Part shown: piece by piece, positions 44,058 through 57,986 of the stretch
Position numbering within the stretch: position 1 is the stretch's first letter
How the letters are laid out: every line of letters starts with the position of its first letter
Origin: the human T2T-CHM13v2.0 reference genome, Homo sapiens
Reading direction: 5' to 3' (one strand)
Assembly (NCBI RefSeq): GCF_009914755.1
Contig: NC_060942.1
DNA length: 64,000 bases
Translations under genes and position numbers: made by a program
The notes under the pieces: generated by a model
The model's database searches: none
What the model was told of the DNA's origin: nothing
Seen by the model: only the letters and a program-made list of their open reading frames with translations

Positions 44058-46411
44058 CCTCACCCTTTTAAAGTTGATTAATCTTTATGAATTAAAGTTA
44101 GGTTCATTTTAGGCAAATATTTTCATCTCTATTTTTTGACTTTTGTCAGGGAAAATGGTTCTTTTGTCTGAATTGGAATTTTGGTTCATTTCAATTTTTA
44201 TAGAAATTTTATAGAATTATACTTACACATCATTAGTAAAATCAATTGAACTGGGAAACTAATTTGACTGATAACATCACAATATGTCCCTAATTCACTG
44301 TGACAAGATGGTGTGTATGAGGAAGTTGACTGTACCCATACTTTTTATTATAGCTTTTATTACAGAGTTTTAGTGTCTGTAGATTTTACTAACAGAACCA
44401 ATAAATAATCCCAGTGGTAATTTATGAGTGTCTTTTCCACTGTAGGTGAGGTCTGGATTAAATTTGCCACCTAAACTCAGTAACTATTGCGCCAAAGATG
44501 AGCCCTGAGAAAATGCCTATCTACAAAGCTGGAAGCTATATTAAATAAGAAACTTTCTATTGCTAGTTCGTTCTGATCATTTATTCCGTTAATTAGTCAT
44601 ACTGGTTTCCAAACAGGCAAATTGGATTATTGTGGTAAAGTGAGCAAAATATCAGCAGATATTGCTGCTTGGAGAATTTTACTTCTACATTATAACCTGG
44701 AACTGCTTAAAATGATGTTCCTCACTTGAACCAACTGCCCCAGCTGTCAGTAGGGACTCAAGTTACATTCAACAATTGGAGATCACTAGGAGAGAGGGCC
44801 AATTTAAATTAGAGACAATTTAAACTGTAAAACAATCTTACTGAAAAAGAGCTACTTTTCAAAACGCATACTAAGATACAAATGTAGATATATAAGCTAA
44901 TTATTGGCATAGAATGGCTATTGATTCATCTAATAAAATTTGGGGATTTATCTGGTTTCCTGAAGTGGCTAAGCTTAGGGTCTTTCAAATGACTTCAAAC
45001 TACCTTAGGCTGGTTTTTCCTTTTTGTATTAATTTGTTTAGTGTCTTTTATTTATATACCTGAAATTAAAATATATATAATTCAGGTATACAAACACACA
45101 GAATTATCATTAATATAAGTGAATGAAATTAGAATTTAGACTGTGGCAGACCCCTGGAGACACAATCACTAAATCAACATTCTTAGAGCACCTGTTTTTA
45201 CTGAAAGTGGGTTTCCTCACATTGAAGTTTTGTCTCATGCCCAAAGAATTGAAGCAGGTCTCTTCACTGGCGTATTACACAGTTAGAAAGAATAAAATAT
45301 CTGTACGAATATATGTCTTCCCCCCAAGTAAGCATTGCTCTTTTATGAATCTATAGGTGTCAAAGTTAAGCTGCTACATAAATAAGTAAGATAACATTCC
45401 AAATTAACTCTTCATTAAGATTTATTGTATGAAATTCTCTAAAATGACCAGTTCATATGGTATCTGAATATTTACCTCATGGAAAAGATCATTTTTGAAT
45501 CTAAGAACTAAAGCTCTGAGCATTGAAGAGGGGCAAAATAACAACTCGTAATGAGGAGAGGACCATTACATGAGAAGGTGCCTATGCAGGCCTTTGGACA
45601 TTATTACAACCACTATTATTTTTATCTTTATCATTGCTGTTATTATTATTTTTTTTTCAAAAAACGTTTTGACAATCTGGAAAATAGCACCCTCAGTTAA
45701 GAGAACAAAACCCAGAATCGTGATGCCTGATTGCACATTTAAATCTCACACTAGCCCTGGTCAAAAAGGCAAATATCAAGCGTAAAAATGTAGTGCTACT
45801 AGATCTAGTTAGATCTAGTTCAAAGGAACACAAATAACTACAACTTTGCTCAAAGTAGTACATTTAACCACTCCGTGCTTACTTACACAAAACAGCACGT
45901 TAAAGAAAAATCTTGTTTCAGCTTGTCCATAGTGTTTCATGCCTGGGACATTCTTTCAAATGATACTTGGTTCCTCTTCTCATTCTGACCTTTTATAATC
46001 TGCTTCTGCCTTAATCTTGTCCTGCTGTATTCATTCCAATGACAATCTCAGACAATTATCAGGTATCAGACATCAACTTTGTGTGGGAAACCTCCCACAT
46101 CTATTTTAGTGGCTTTAGTCACTTTCCTCTGGACTAAATTCTACCATTTCTAAGGTTTGACTCCTATGCATTCCAATGCAGATGTTCTAAGAGCACCTGA
46201 GGAAGAAATCTTCAATCAGAGTTTCTAATTTTGGACAACCATGGTAACAGCTACTTTAAAAGAAGAAAATAGAGGCTAATGAAGGAGGCTCACTGAATGC
46301 TCAAAATGATGAACCGAAACCAGTGAAACCTGCTGTTTTCATGAAGTTCTCTGCTTTAGTAATGCTCTCAGGCCTTTCTGAGTCACCCACACTCAAACTT
46401 TTGAATATCTT

Positions 46412-47079
46412 TGTATTAGTCAGGAATCTCTAGAGGACATAACTAATAGGATAGATGTGTGTGTGTGTGTGTGTGTATATAAATAAACTCCCATATATAT
46501 ATATACACACATACACACACACATATATAAATAAACTCCCATATATATACACACACACACACATACACACACACACACATATATATAGGAGTTTATATAC
46601 ATATATATACACACATATATATGGGAGTTATTAAGGAGTATTAACTTGCACAATCACAAGGTGAAGTCCTAAAGGCCATCCGCAAACTGAGGAGCAAGGA
46701 AGCCTGTCCGAGTCCCCAAACCTCAAAAGCGGGAAAGCCAACAGTGTAAACTTCAGTCTGTGATCGAAAATCCAAGAATCCAAAAGCTGAAGAACTTGGA
46801 GTCCGGTGTTTGAGGGCAGGAAACATTCAGCATGGGAGAAAGATGTAGGTCGGAAGACTCAGCCAGTCTAGTCCTTCCACGTTCTTCTGCCTGCTTTTAA
46901 TTCTAGCTGAGCTGGCAGCTGATTAGATTGTGCCCACCTAGACTGAGGATGGGTCTGCCTTTCCCAGTCCACTGACTCAAATGTTAATTTCCTTTGGCGA
47001 AAACCTCACAGACATGCCCAGGAACATTACTTTGCATCCTTCAATTCAACCAAGTTGACACTCAATGTTAATCATCACA
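46412..47079 (-). mobile_element. MLT2A1 (HERV-L) solo LTR with expanded TA/CA region
   Basis: tgtattagtcagg...aactaataggataga...aaagctgaagaacttggagtcc...caagttgacactcaatgttaatcatcaca; tctt on both flanks. Confidence 0.9.
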
Positions 47080-47199
47080 TCTTTTACTCTTCCTCACCCT
47101 TTTCACAGTTTTCACCTTAAAAATGTAATTTTGAAAAAAAAGAAAAACCCACAATCATTTGGAGGCAAATGGTTTCCTTTTACACCTCTCATGCCTAAC

Positions 47200-47745
47200 C
47201 CTCATTTTCATTACCGATGCCACTGTTCACGTACAGAACTCTCCTCTTTCTCCTGGACCATCACAGCAACCTCCTCCCTGGCCTTGTGTCTTTGGTTCTC
47301 TTCCCACCTCCCTACAAGTCTCAATCTGTCTAGTACAATCATGCCAGAGTTATTTTCTAAAATTACCACTTCCAATATTCCACTACTATGCTTAAAAAAT
47401 ACCTCCTCCAAATAAGCCTTCATTCCATTCCATTCTCTCTATACATCTCTCCATGACATGGCCTCCCATGAACTTATTTCTATGTGATTTTCAAACTTTA
47501 CTTCTCAGTCTTATACTCTATAGTTTAGTAAAAATGAATGGCTTATCAAGACAGATGCATATCATGTAATTTACAAGAACAATGCTTTCATCTGTACCTT
47601 TTCTTTCACCAGCTATGTGTTCCTATAATCTCTCCATGTCTAGATTTTTCACACTTTTTGTTGGTTCAAATTACACCTTTTACAGGAAGCCATTTCTGTT
47701 GCACCCAGTCAGAACTAAGTTGTAACTTATTTTGTCTGTATCTTT
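47200..47745 (+). mobile_element. L2 fragment
   Basis: tctcctggaccatcacagcaacctcctccctgg...gccagagttattttctaaaa...tgcttaaaa. Confidence 0.55.
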
Positions 47746-48427
47746 CGTGAATAGAAAAATCAATCTCCATAAAATATTTTAAAGAGGCTTATTATGAGCC
47801 AGTATGAGTGACCTCAGCCTAGGGAATCAAAGTCTGAAGGAGTCCTAATGAAGTTCATCTGAGGTGGCCAGGTGACAGTTTGGTTTTATATGTTTTAGGG
47901 AGGCAAGAGTCACAGGCAACGATGTCAGTCAGTTTGTGGAAGGTTGGTTCAGACTGAAAAGTTAGGATATCTAGAAGCAAGGGCTTGCAAGTCATAGGAG
48001 GATTCAGAGAATTCTTTAACCTGCAATTTATTAAAGAAATAAGACTTTGTCTGAAAACTTGGAGTTAACAGAAACGAATGTTTAAATTAAGATAAGGATG
48101 ATTCAGTCACAATATGACCTGTTTAGCGAGATTGATGGCCAGCAGGCGTGACTTAACCCTTGCTTGGAATGGCCTTAGCTCTTGTTTATAATTTGTTATT
48201 TTATTGCCACAAAGAGTCTGCAATTTCAGTCTTATGAGCTCTATTTTAACATTAATGCTGGCCAGTTGTGCCTGAACTCTAAAGTGGCAGGGGGTATAAT
48301 GAAGGATGTCTGACCTTCCTTCCTGTCATGGCTGGGGACTCAGTTTTAAAGGTTTCTCTGGGATCTCCTTGGCCAAGAGGGAGTTTGTTCAGTCAGTGAG
48401 AGCTTAGAATTTTATTTTTAATTTATG
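47746..48427 (-). mobile_element. MER4 (D/E-like) solo LTR
   Basis: cagtttggttttatatgttttagggagg...ttggccaagagggagtttgttcagtcag...gcttagaattttattttt. Confidence 0.82.
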
Positions 48428-48889
48428 CTCTATTATGACACATACTTTTAAAAGTAATCCTCATACAATGCAATTCATCTTTTATAGAGAACAAGCTGAT
48501 CTATGTTAAAGTAAATAGATATCCATAACATGTTGTTGTTAGAATAGCAAGTTACAATGTAATGAGCAAAGTACAATCTCAGTCTTCTCTAAACAGTTAA
48601 CAATAAGGCATGTCTGACCTTCCTTCCTGTCAAAAATATTATGACACATACTTTTAAAAGTATGTCACAGTATTTTATTAACATAAAATTTTAATGTTAA
48701 TTTATTTTATCATATTTTATTAACATATGCTTTGTGTTTAGTGGTGATGGAGGAGGAGATAGAGGAAGAACAAAAACAAGAAGAAAAAGCAGAGACAAAA
48801 ATTGAGAGAAGAAAATTAGGCACCTGCAATGCCAGCACACAGAAACAAATGCTGTTAGAATTTTGATGTATCCCTTTGGGTATTTTTAA

Positions 48890-48896
<7 letters not shown>

Positions 48897-48937
<41 letters not shown>
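48897..48937. repeat. (TA)20 microsatellite
   Basis: read directly. Confidence 0.95.
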
Positions 48938-48940
<3 letters not shown>

Positions 48941-50494
48941 TGTATATATAACAGTATATATATATAGAAACACACTGTATATGCATTTTTAAATGTTTTA
49001 TTTTTTAAGTTACTTTTAAAACCAATTTTTTAAATTTTTTGGAATGTTACTCTCCAGTTACAAAATTGACATGTGCTCACTGCAACCAATAAAACAACAC
49101 CCCCTAAAGTTCAACTTATATAAAATATGTATTTGAAGATATATAGAATTACATATGCATATGAATAAGCACACAAATATAGGAACTATTGTTGATTGTT
49201 TAGAGAAGAATGAATTTGTACCTCATCAATTACATTGTAACTTGCTATTCTAACAACAGTATGTTATGGGTATCTATTTACTTTTACTAACATAGATCTA
49301 ACTTGTTCCCTATAAAAGGTTAATTACATTGTATGGGCCAATATCCTTCTTATGTAATTCTTGTTACTTTTAGTTTCAAATTATGCTGCAATTAACATCC
49401 TTGTATACTGAATCAATCAGATCTCAAAGATAATTTCAAAAGTGAAATTGTAAGGGAGCCAAAAAGGACATACCCGTGACTTGGAACTACTAGTTTAAAG
49501 CTATTATCATCCCTAGAACAGAAGGGACATAGAAAGGTAAATGTTACCACAAATTGAAGAAGAGATTCACATAAAAAAGACTGCTTTAAGTGACAAAAGA
49601 CCTGTGGTTGATAAGTGTAGCCAGCCTCAAGTTACCTCTCAAAGGAGTCAAGAAATTAAATATCAGGATCTCACTCTTCTACCCAGCTCTTCCCCAGCCT
49701 CCTCCTGAGGTTCGCCAATCAGAAGTGAAATGGCACAAAAGACCATTCACATAATCTCTACAGATTAGTCTGGTGGGGAGGGGGAAAGGAACAGAATGAA
49801 GAAGGGGCAGTATGGATTTGATGGAGAAAGTAAAAGACATCCTGCACACATAAAGACTTATATACTGGCACTTTCAGTTCTATGAGCTGGATTTGTAAGA
49901 GATACATTGTCAGGTATATATGTCAAACCTAAACGTATAATACTAAATTGCTTTTTAAGAAAACTACAGCAATTTATATTTCTGTCAGATTGCATCCTGC
50001 TTTTACCCATAAATTGTGTCATTTTTCCTTTGAATTGTATTCTTCTTCAATGTCAAATTTAGTGATTGCATGGTGTCTAATTCTTTTGATGTGTCATAAG
50101 TCATTTAATAAATCCTTTTAGTGTATCAGATCTTTGATTGCTTTCACCTTTTTCATTAAACACAAGGCAATAAGATCTTTAATCTATTTATTATTGTTAT
50201 TTTTTGGATAAATTTCTAGAAGTAAAATGTCAGAACTTTCTGTTCAAAGAATCTGCCCAATTTCCCACATTTGTATGTGGAAAATTATGTTAATGAAAGG
50301 TTTGCCAACAAGTACTTGCCTATCAAGCTATCCATTGATAACAGGACAGAAAAACTAACTGACCAAATTAAGTTACTGAAATTACACATATATATTAAAT
50401 TGATTTAAAACATACAGCAATAAGGAAAGGGAAAGAGGTATTGTAAGTAAATATTCATAGGATCATGTATATGTTGGTTAAAATACTACTCAGA

Positions 50495-51088
<594 letters not shown>

Positions 51089-54000
51089 ATTGCCCAAATC
51101 CTCTGTCATGAAATTGTCGTATGTCCTGTCACTCTGCAGCATCAGGCTACCCTACGGATGGTGTGGTTACAAGGACCAGAGATGAGGCTTAGGACAGGGG
51201 TTTAGTAGATGGAAGGTGCCTAGAGTCAACATGACACACTTGCTCTATTGCAGAAATAGACTTACAACGACACTTGCTACACATGTAGCACCCTAACTAA
51301 TGTGCCTAGCAGCTCTAGGATTTATCTGTATGGGGCCAGAATAGATCATAATGTGTATCATAAGTTTATATTTTCCAGATGAAATGTACACACTAAGTTA
51401 AATCTGAATTTCATGTAAACAACAACAAATATATATATATATACACACACATATATATGCATATATATAACAATAAATATATATACATATATGTGTATAT
51501 ATATAACAACAACAAAATATATACATAAGTTGTCAATCTGGAGCTGTCATAATCTGCTCTCTATATTTAAATTTTACTTGGCATTTCTATTCTTTTCTAC
51601 GTATAAGATATTCTTGATTGTTCCATTATTTTTGTCTGTATTCGAAACACATGTGCTCCATTTATTCTATCTATGAGTAATGTGTCTCACCAGTTAGTAA
51701 CCTACTTATTATCTATTCTTATCATGTCTCCTGAGTTTCCTCCATCCTACTGTGTTTTTTTTTCTCTGCTAGGGTTGAAAAAAATACTCCTAAATAATAC
51801 AGCAAGCACATAGTGAACTAATTTTTACCAAATATTATTATGCATGTATATGTCATTTCCTTCCCAAATCATAATTAATTTAGTAAAAGTATACATTTGA
51901 TTCCCTTTTTAGGGGAAACCCTTCCCTACTTCAGCCTCACTCAGATATTGAAACTAAAGCTTCCTCCCAGGATTCAGCCTACCTGGATTTTGAGCCAATA
52001 CTTGCAGAAGCAGGTGAAATCTTTTTCTTGTTTGAGGAAAGAATAAGGAAGCATGGGATTAAAAGCTCTGTTGAGTGACCCTGGAGGCTAACAACTCACC
52101 AAGCTTTTGTCTTCTCATGGCCCTTAATGAGGGACATATTTCAGTTCCTTGAATATACAATGCTTTCCAAACGTAGAAAATTTGTTTATGATTTATTTCC
52201 TGGTAGATTTTGTATTTGTTTTATCTCAAGCCTTCTCCTACATTGCAAAGTTATCTTCTATATTGTAAATAGAATGGCACTTTCCTCATTCTAAATTAAG
52301 TCTATCTATTACATGCTTTCATACCACTTTGTAATCTTCTTTACAGGATTTATCATGAAGGAAATATAGGGCTTATTTTTTATTAGTTAATTAATGTATT
52401 TTTCTGCCAATAGAATGTCAGCTTTATTGTAGCATTATTTATGATCATAAAAAAGCATTCAGAATGTTTATTAATGTACTATTTGGTTTGCTTTTATATC
52501 CTCCATAGATAAGACCCATGATGGCATATGCATAATGATTTTTGTTAATTAACTATTGAACAATCAAAGCTGGGTATATTTGTATTGGGCCTGACACAAA
52601 GTAGAAGTCTAAGTAAATTAGGTTGACTTTTTTATACAACTCATAGTCTTATTTTAAAGATATTCTTCAAGAATGCCACCAAAATGGGCTTTGGAAAGCA
52701 GCACCAATTGAATAAGTATACCCTCTCAGAGGAGGTACTTCGAAGGCTTACTTTTGTTTTAATTTAACTTTGGCATACCTATTTAAAAATTTCAATGATC
52801 TTTGGTAATAATGTACATAAAATTATGATTTTCTTTTAACATTTAGTCTAATTTTAATTTTTATTACACTAGAGACCCAAACTTCAGTGGAGTTTATTTT
52901 TGCATTTTGGAGTACTCTAATTCACTGAGGATGATCTTCTATAGAAAAATCTAATTTAGGCAAGACTGTATGAAACTAGAAACCTTAACTACTGTGAGGC
53001 AATAACAAAAAGATATGCCACGTGCAGGTAAAACTGGCAAATGCTTCAAAATTACGTGAGAAGACAGGTGTAGTCAAGCTATGTCATCAGTTCCAAAGAT
53101 ATTTTACATTTTTCTAGACTTTTCTGCCTGAGACGTAAGTTAGGAACCAAATGATATCATTAAAATTCAGCCAGCATCTCAGGATACAATTTTACTTTGT
53201 TTAACTCAAATGCTTGGTAAAATTTTGGATGCAATTTTTGCATAATTTCCAAATGTTCCTTCTTGCTCTGAGCTGTATTTTTGTATATTCTACTTCCAAA
53301 TCACTGCTAACAACGAAACAGAAAATGAAAAAATAAGAAAAATGCACGTTTGAATGAAAACTAAGTTATTATAATTCCCATACCATATTCAACAAAATTT
53401 CCACACCTTCCATTAGATTCCATAATTGGGATAATCAATATAAATAGACAGAGAGGGGTGAGAAAGTAAACGTGGGCTGCATAATATGCAGATAAGCCGA
53501 TGGGGGTGGGGAGAGAAAGTGAGACAGGCAGAGAGAAAGAGATAAACTGTCTAAACTTCATGAAAATCTATTATAATAATCTGTACTCATTTCGGAGACA
53601 CCTAGATGATTACAAGGAGATCAGATTAGTTGAAGGCTTCTCAGCTACCAAACCTTGTCAATGACTCATTGATGCTTTCCACAGATGGTCCTGTTATTAC
53701 TCCATTGAGAACTATATAAATCATTTATCCTCCTGCAAACAACCTATCAGTCGGATTGAGGAACAGACTGATAAACTAATATGTTCTATGACAGGAAGCC
53801 ATGTCTTTACTAAGCAGCATCCAAACCAAACTGCCTCTCTACTTGAGTACAACTATTATAAAGAACAACTATTAAAAAGAACTTCAGCAAAGACTAATAA
53901 AGGGGTACAGTGTTGTATGCAATAGTGTGTGTGTGTATGTGTGTGTGTGTACATGCATGTGTTTGTGCAGGTATTTGGGTATGTCTGTATAAGAAACAGA

Positions 54001-55756
54001 CAGACATAGAGTGACGGGAGGAAACAGAGACTAGAATAACAGACAAGGGAGTTCTTCAATGGCAAAGACCTAATCTACTTATGTTTTATGCCTAGCATTG
54101 TTTTGGTACATATGAGGTTTTTGAAATAAAATATGGCTGGAGTGATAGGCCAAAATATAATTTATAGGACATCAGAAACATTATTGAGTCAGTAATTTAC
54201 CACAGAAAATCACATCCTAAGATAACATGGTTTTGTAGTTCATAAAACGTACTTTAAAAGCCACAAGATTAATGCTTTGAGTCTACAAATTGGGACTTTA
54301 ATATGATGTTTAAGTTTCTTTGAAATGAGGCTCCAATAAAAGCTGTGTAAAGTGAACATAACATTTCAAGAATAGTTACAAAGAGTTATTTTAACTGTAA
54401 GCTGTCTGCAATTCAGTGAGAATTCCCTTGTTAAACAATCAGTAGTAGTTTAAGTGACGCTATTATCACTAGGAGCCTCACAAATGAGTATAAACAGGGT
54501 ATTGCCCCTCAAGACTGCTTTTTAAAAACTGTCAAGTGTTCTTTCTTTCCATTCTCTTCACCAAGTGAGTTATTCTAGCACTGAGCAATTTGTGCATCAT
54601 GCATCTTCATCTCTTGTGCTCAAAAAAGGTAATAATTTTCTGAATTCAGCTCTGTTGAAGAAGTATACTTAATGTGTCAGGTGTTAAGTAAATTGAACAT
54701 TACCAAATCTGTTTTATAATTATTAGAAAATGATCATAGAATCATCAAATCTTAGAGTTGGAAAATGATCTATAGTGATCAGTTTCATTAGGAAAACAAT
54801 TCATGCAAACAAAACTTTAGGCAGGAGAACAACACATAAGAAGATGACTATTTGAGTGGAATAAATGTATTTATGTTTAATTAATAATTACTTATTTGTT
54901 ATAAAGTGAACCATAAGAAGAGTGTTTTGTGAGGAATGTTGTGCTATGGTAATAGACAATTTCTCAGTCTCAATAGTTTAACAAGCAATTTATTTCTCAT
55001 CCACAAAGCTTGTTGCATTTCCAAAGAATCTCATAAGCAACTTGTTCTAAGTAGTGACATAGTGGCTCTGCTGCTTTGCACTTTTGGTTCTGTTATATGA
55101 ACCATAGGTCGAGTCCATGATCACCACAGCAAATCAAGAGAAACTCCAGAATAATATCAACAACTAAATGGCTTAGTGTGTGACTCTTGTCACTTCTGCT
55201 TCAAATACATTGTCCTTGTCATTAGTCTGCCTAACTACTAAAGGATGCAGAATTATAATTCTCGCATTTGTCCAGAGGAAAAAGAGAGCTAGATATATGT
55301 TGCTAACAGAATATACCACAGAAAATTTCTAGAATTGATATTACTAGTTAGCCAAAGTTCATGTTTAGGTAACTCTGATAGATACTAATGAATTATCCTG
55401 CAAAATGATGTTAAGTATCAAGACATTAAAATATATTTTAATATATGGGCTAATATTCTTCTTTAAAAATTCTGGACACTTTTACATATATATTATTTCT
55501 CATGAAATTTGGTTTCATTTTATTAATTTAAAAATGTTTTTGTTGACATTTAATGACATTGCCTTAATTTAGTAATTTAATTTAACAAGGGTTTTCTTAA
55601 TATTTTTACTACCTTAGAAACAACTATTTTTCAAATATTATTTATGTTCTTCAATATAGTGTAATTGCCTTCATGGAGGTAGAATAATTTTAATAAAAAT
55701 ATACCAAGAATGGTATATATTACTTATATAGTGTGTAATTGTATGCTATTCAAATG

Positions 55757-56923
55757 TAATTATACATCATTTAGTGAGAAGGATACATTCAGAGAAATAA
55801 GTCATCAGACGACTTTGTTGTGTGGACATCATAGAGCGTACTTACATAAACCAGCTGGCATAGCCCTCTACACGCATGGGTCATATGGTATAGCCTATTG
55901 CTCTGAGGCTATAAACCTGTACATAGTGTTACTGTACTAAATGCTGTAAGCAATTGTAGCACTATGGAAAGTGTTTGTGTATCTAAATATATTTAAAAAT
56001 AGAATAGGTACAGTAAAAATACAGTATGAAATATTTTTAAAAAGGCACATCTGTATCTGTGTAGGACACTTGCCGTAAATGAATCTTGCAGAACTGGAAG
56101 TTGCTCTGAGTGAGTCAGTGAATCAGTGCTGAGCAAATATGAAGCCCTGGGACATTACTATACATTACTATAGACTTTGTGAACACTGTACACTTACACT
56201 GCACTAATTTTATTACAAATATTTTTACTTAATAATAAATTAATCTTAGCTAACTGTAACTTTTTTACTTTATCAACTTTTTAATTTTTTAACTTTTTGA
56301 CTTTCTGCAATAACACTCAGCTTAAAAAAGCAAACACATACATCTGCATAAAAATTGTTCTTTATGTATTTCTGTAAGCTTTTTATTTAAAAAAATTTTT
56401 TTTGTTTACTTTTTAAACTTTTTTTTTTTTTTTTTTTTTTTGCTGAAAACTAAAAACAAACACACACATTATCTGAGGCCTATAGGCTTAGGATCATGAG
56501 TATCATTGTCCCACTGGAGGGTCTTCAGGGGTAATCATGCACATGGAATTGACATGTCCTCTGGTAACAACGCTTTCTTCTGGAATGCCTCCTGAAGGAC
56601 CTGCCTGAGGTTGTTTCACAGGCAGCTCTCCTTTATTTAATATGTCTAGTATGGCAAATACATAAATCAGTAACATATTATCATTAGCAAGTAGTATGTA
56701 TTGTACATAATCATATGTATTATACTTTTATATGACTGGAAGCTCAGAAGGTTTGCTTACACTGGCATCACCACAAACACACAAGTGATGTGCTGGACTA
56801 CAACATTACAGTGGCTATGACATAACTAGGTGGCGGGAAGTTTAAAGCTCCATTCTAATCTTATGGGACCATCGTATGTGTGGTCTATCAGTGACTGAAA
56901 TGTCACTATGAGGCACATGACAG
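55757..56923 (+). mobile_element. Tigger3b (TcMar-Tigger) non-autonomous element
   Basis: ggatacattcagagaaat...atatggtatagcctattgctc...aatcttatgggaccatcg...gcacatgacag followed by ta; ~1.17 kb. Confidence 0.85.
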
Positions 56924-57784
56924 TAAATATTTATCATACTGGATAATAAAGGATCTGGTTTTGCATTAATTTTTCTCATAGATTATTGTTAATACCCTGG
57001 GTGAAGCTAATGATTTCTGTGTCATATATTTGTTATTTGATTACATTACTAAACATATTATTATTTCAATAGCTCTTCAGTGAGATTTTTCAAGTTTTCC
57101 AGGTGAACAATTATATCACTTGAGAATAATGGTTATTTAATCATTTTATTTTTCTCTGTGTGCTTTTTCATGTCTGGTCACATTGACCTGCCCACTAGAA
57201 TGACAAGTAATATTAAACATACTTTTATGTTTTCTCTGATTTTGGTTATTTGTCTGCTCAGATGAGTGTAACTATTGGTTTAGGTTAGACACTTTATTCA
57301 TAATAGGAGGACATTCTCTTATGATTAGATTTGTAAGTGGTATGAATGCTGAAGTTGTCAAGTATTTTTCTAGCATCTATTATCATGATCACTTGTTTGT
57401 TCTTCTCTGAAGTTTTGATATAATGAATTATAACCATATGTTTTCTAATATTCAGTCTTTATTTTATTTTTGTAATAAACCTTAATCGATCTTGTTATAT
57501 TATTCTGATAGATTTAATTTACTAATATTTTCTTTATGAAATTTGCCTAAGTATATGCAATGTTGGAATCAGGTGTATTCAGCTTACTAGAATAATTTGT
57601 GCAGTATATATTTTTTCATTTTGCAGCTTCCAAAGCAACATAAAGGGCAGATAAATTATTAGATCTTTAAAGAAGGTAGAAAAATAAAACTTACCTTTAT
57701 ATCATCTAGTTCATTTTTTTTTGTTTCCTTCTGTTTATTTTGGTTGAAAATTAAGAAGCACTTTATAGAATAATCATGTCCCTC

Positions 57785-57986
57785 TTTTTATTTTATTATT
57801 ATTATACTTTAAGTTTTAGGGTACATGTGCACAATGTGCAGGTTAGTTACATATGTATACATGTGCCATGCTGGTGTGCTGCACCCATTAATTCGTCATT
57901 TAGCATTAGATATATCTCCTAAAGCTATCCCTCCTCCCTCCCCCCACCCCACAACAGTCCCCAGAGTGTGATGCTCCCCTTTCTGT
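57785..57986 (-). mobile_element. L1PA3 3' end (~200 bp), carrying a 3' transduction
   Basis: ttattatactttaagttttagggtacatgtgcacaatgtgcagg...ctcctaaagctatcc...; TSD gttcattttttt at 57709-57720 and 57985-57996. Confidence 0.9.
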
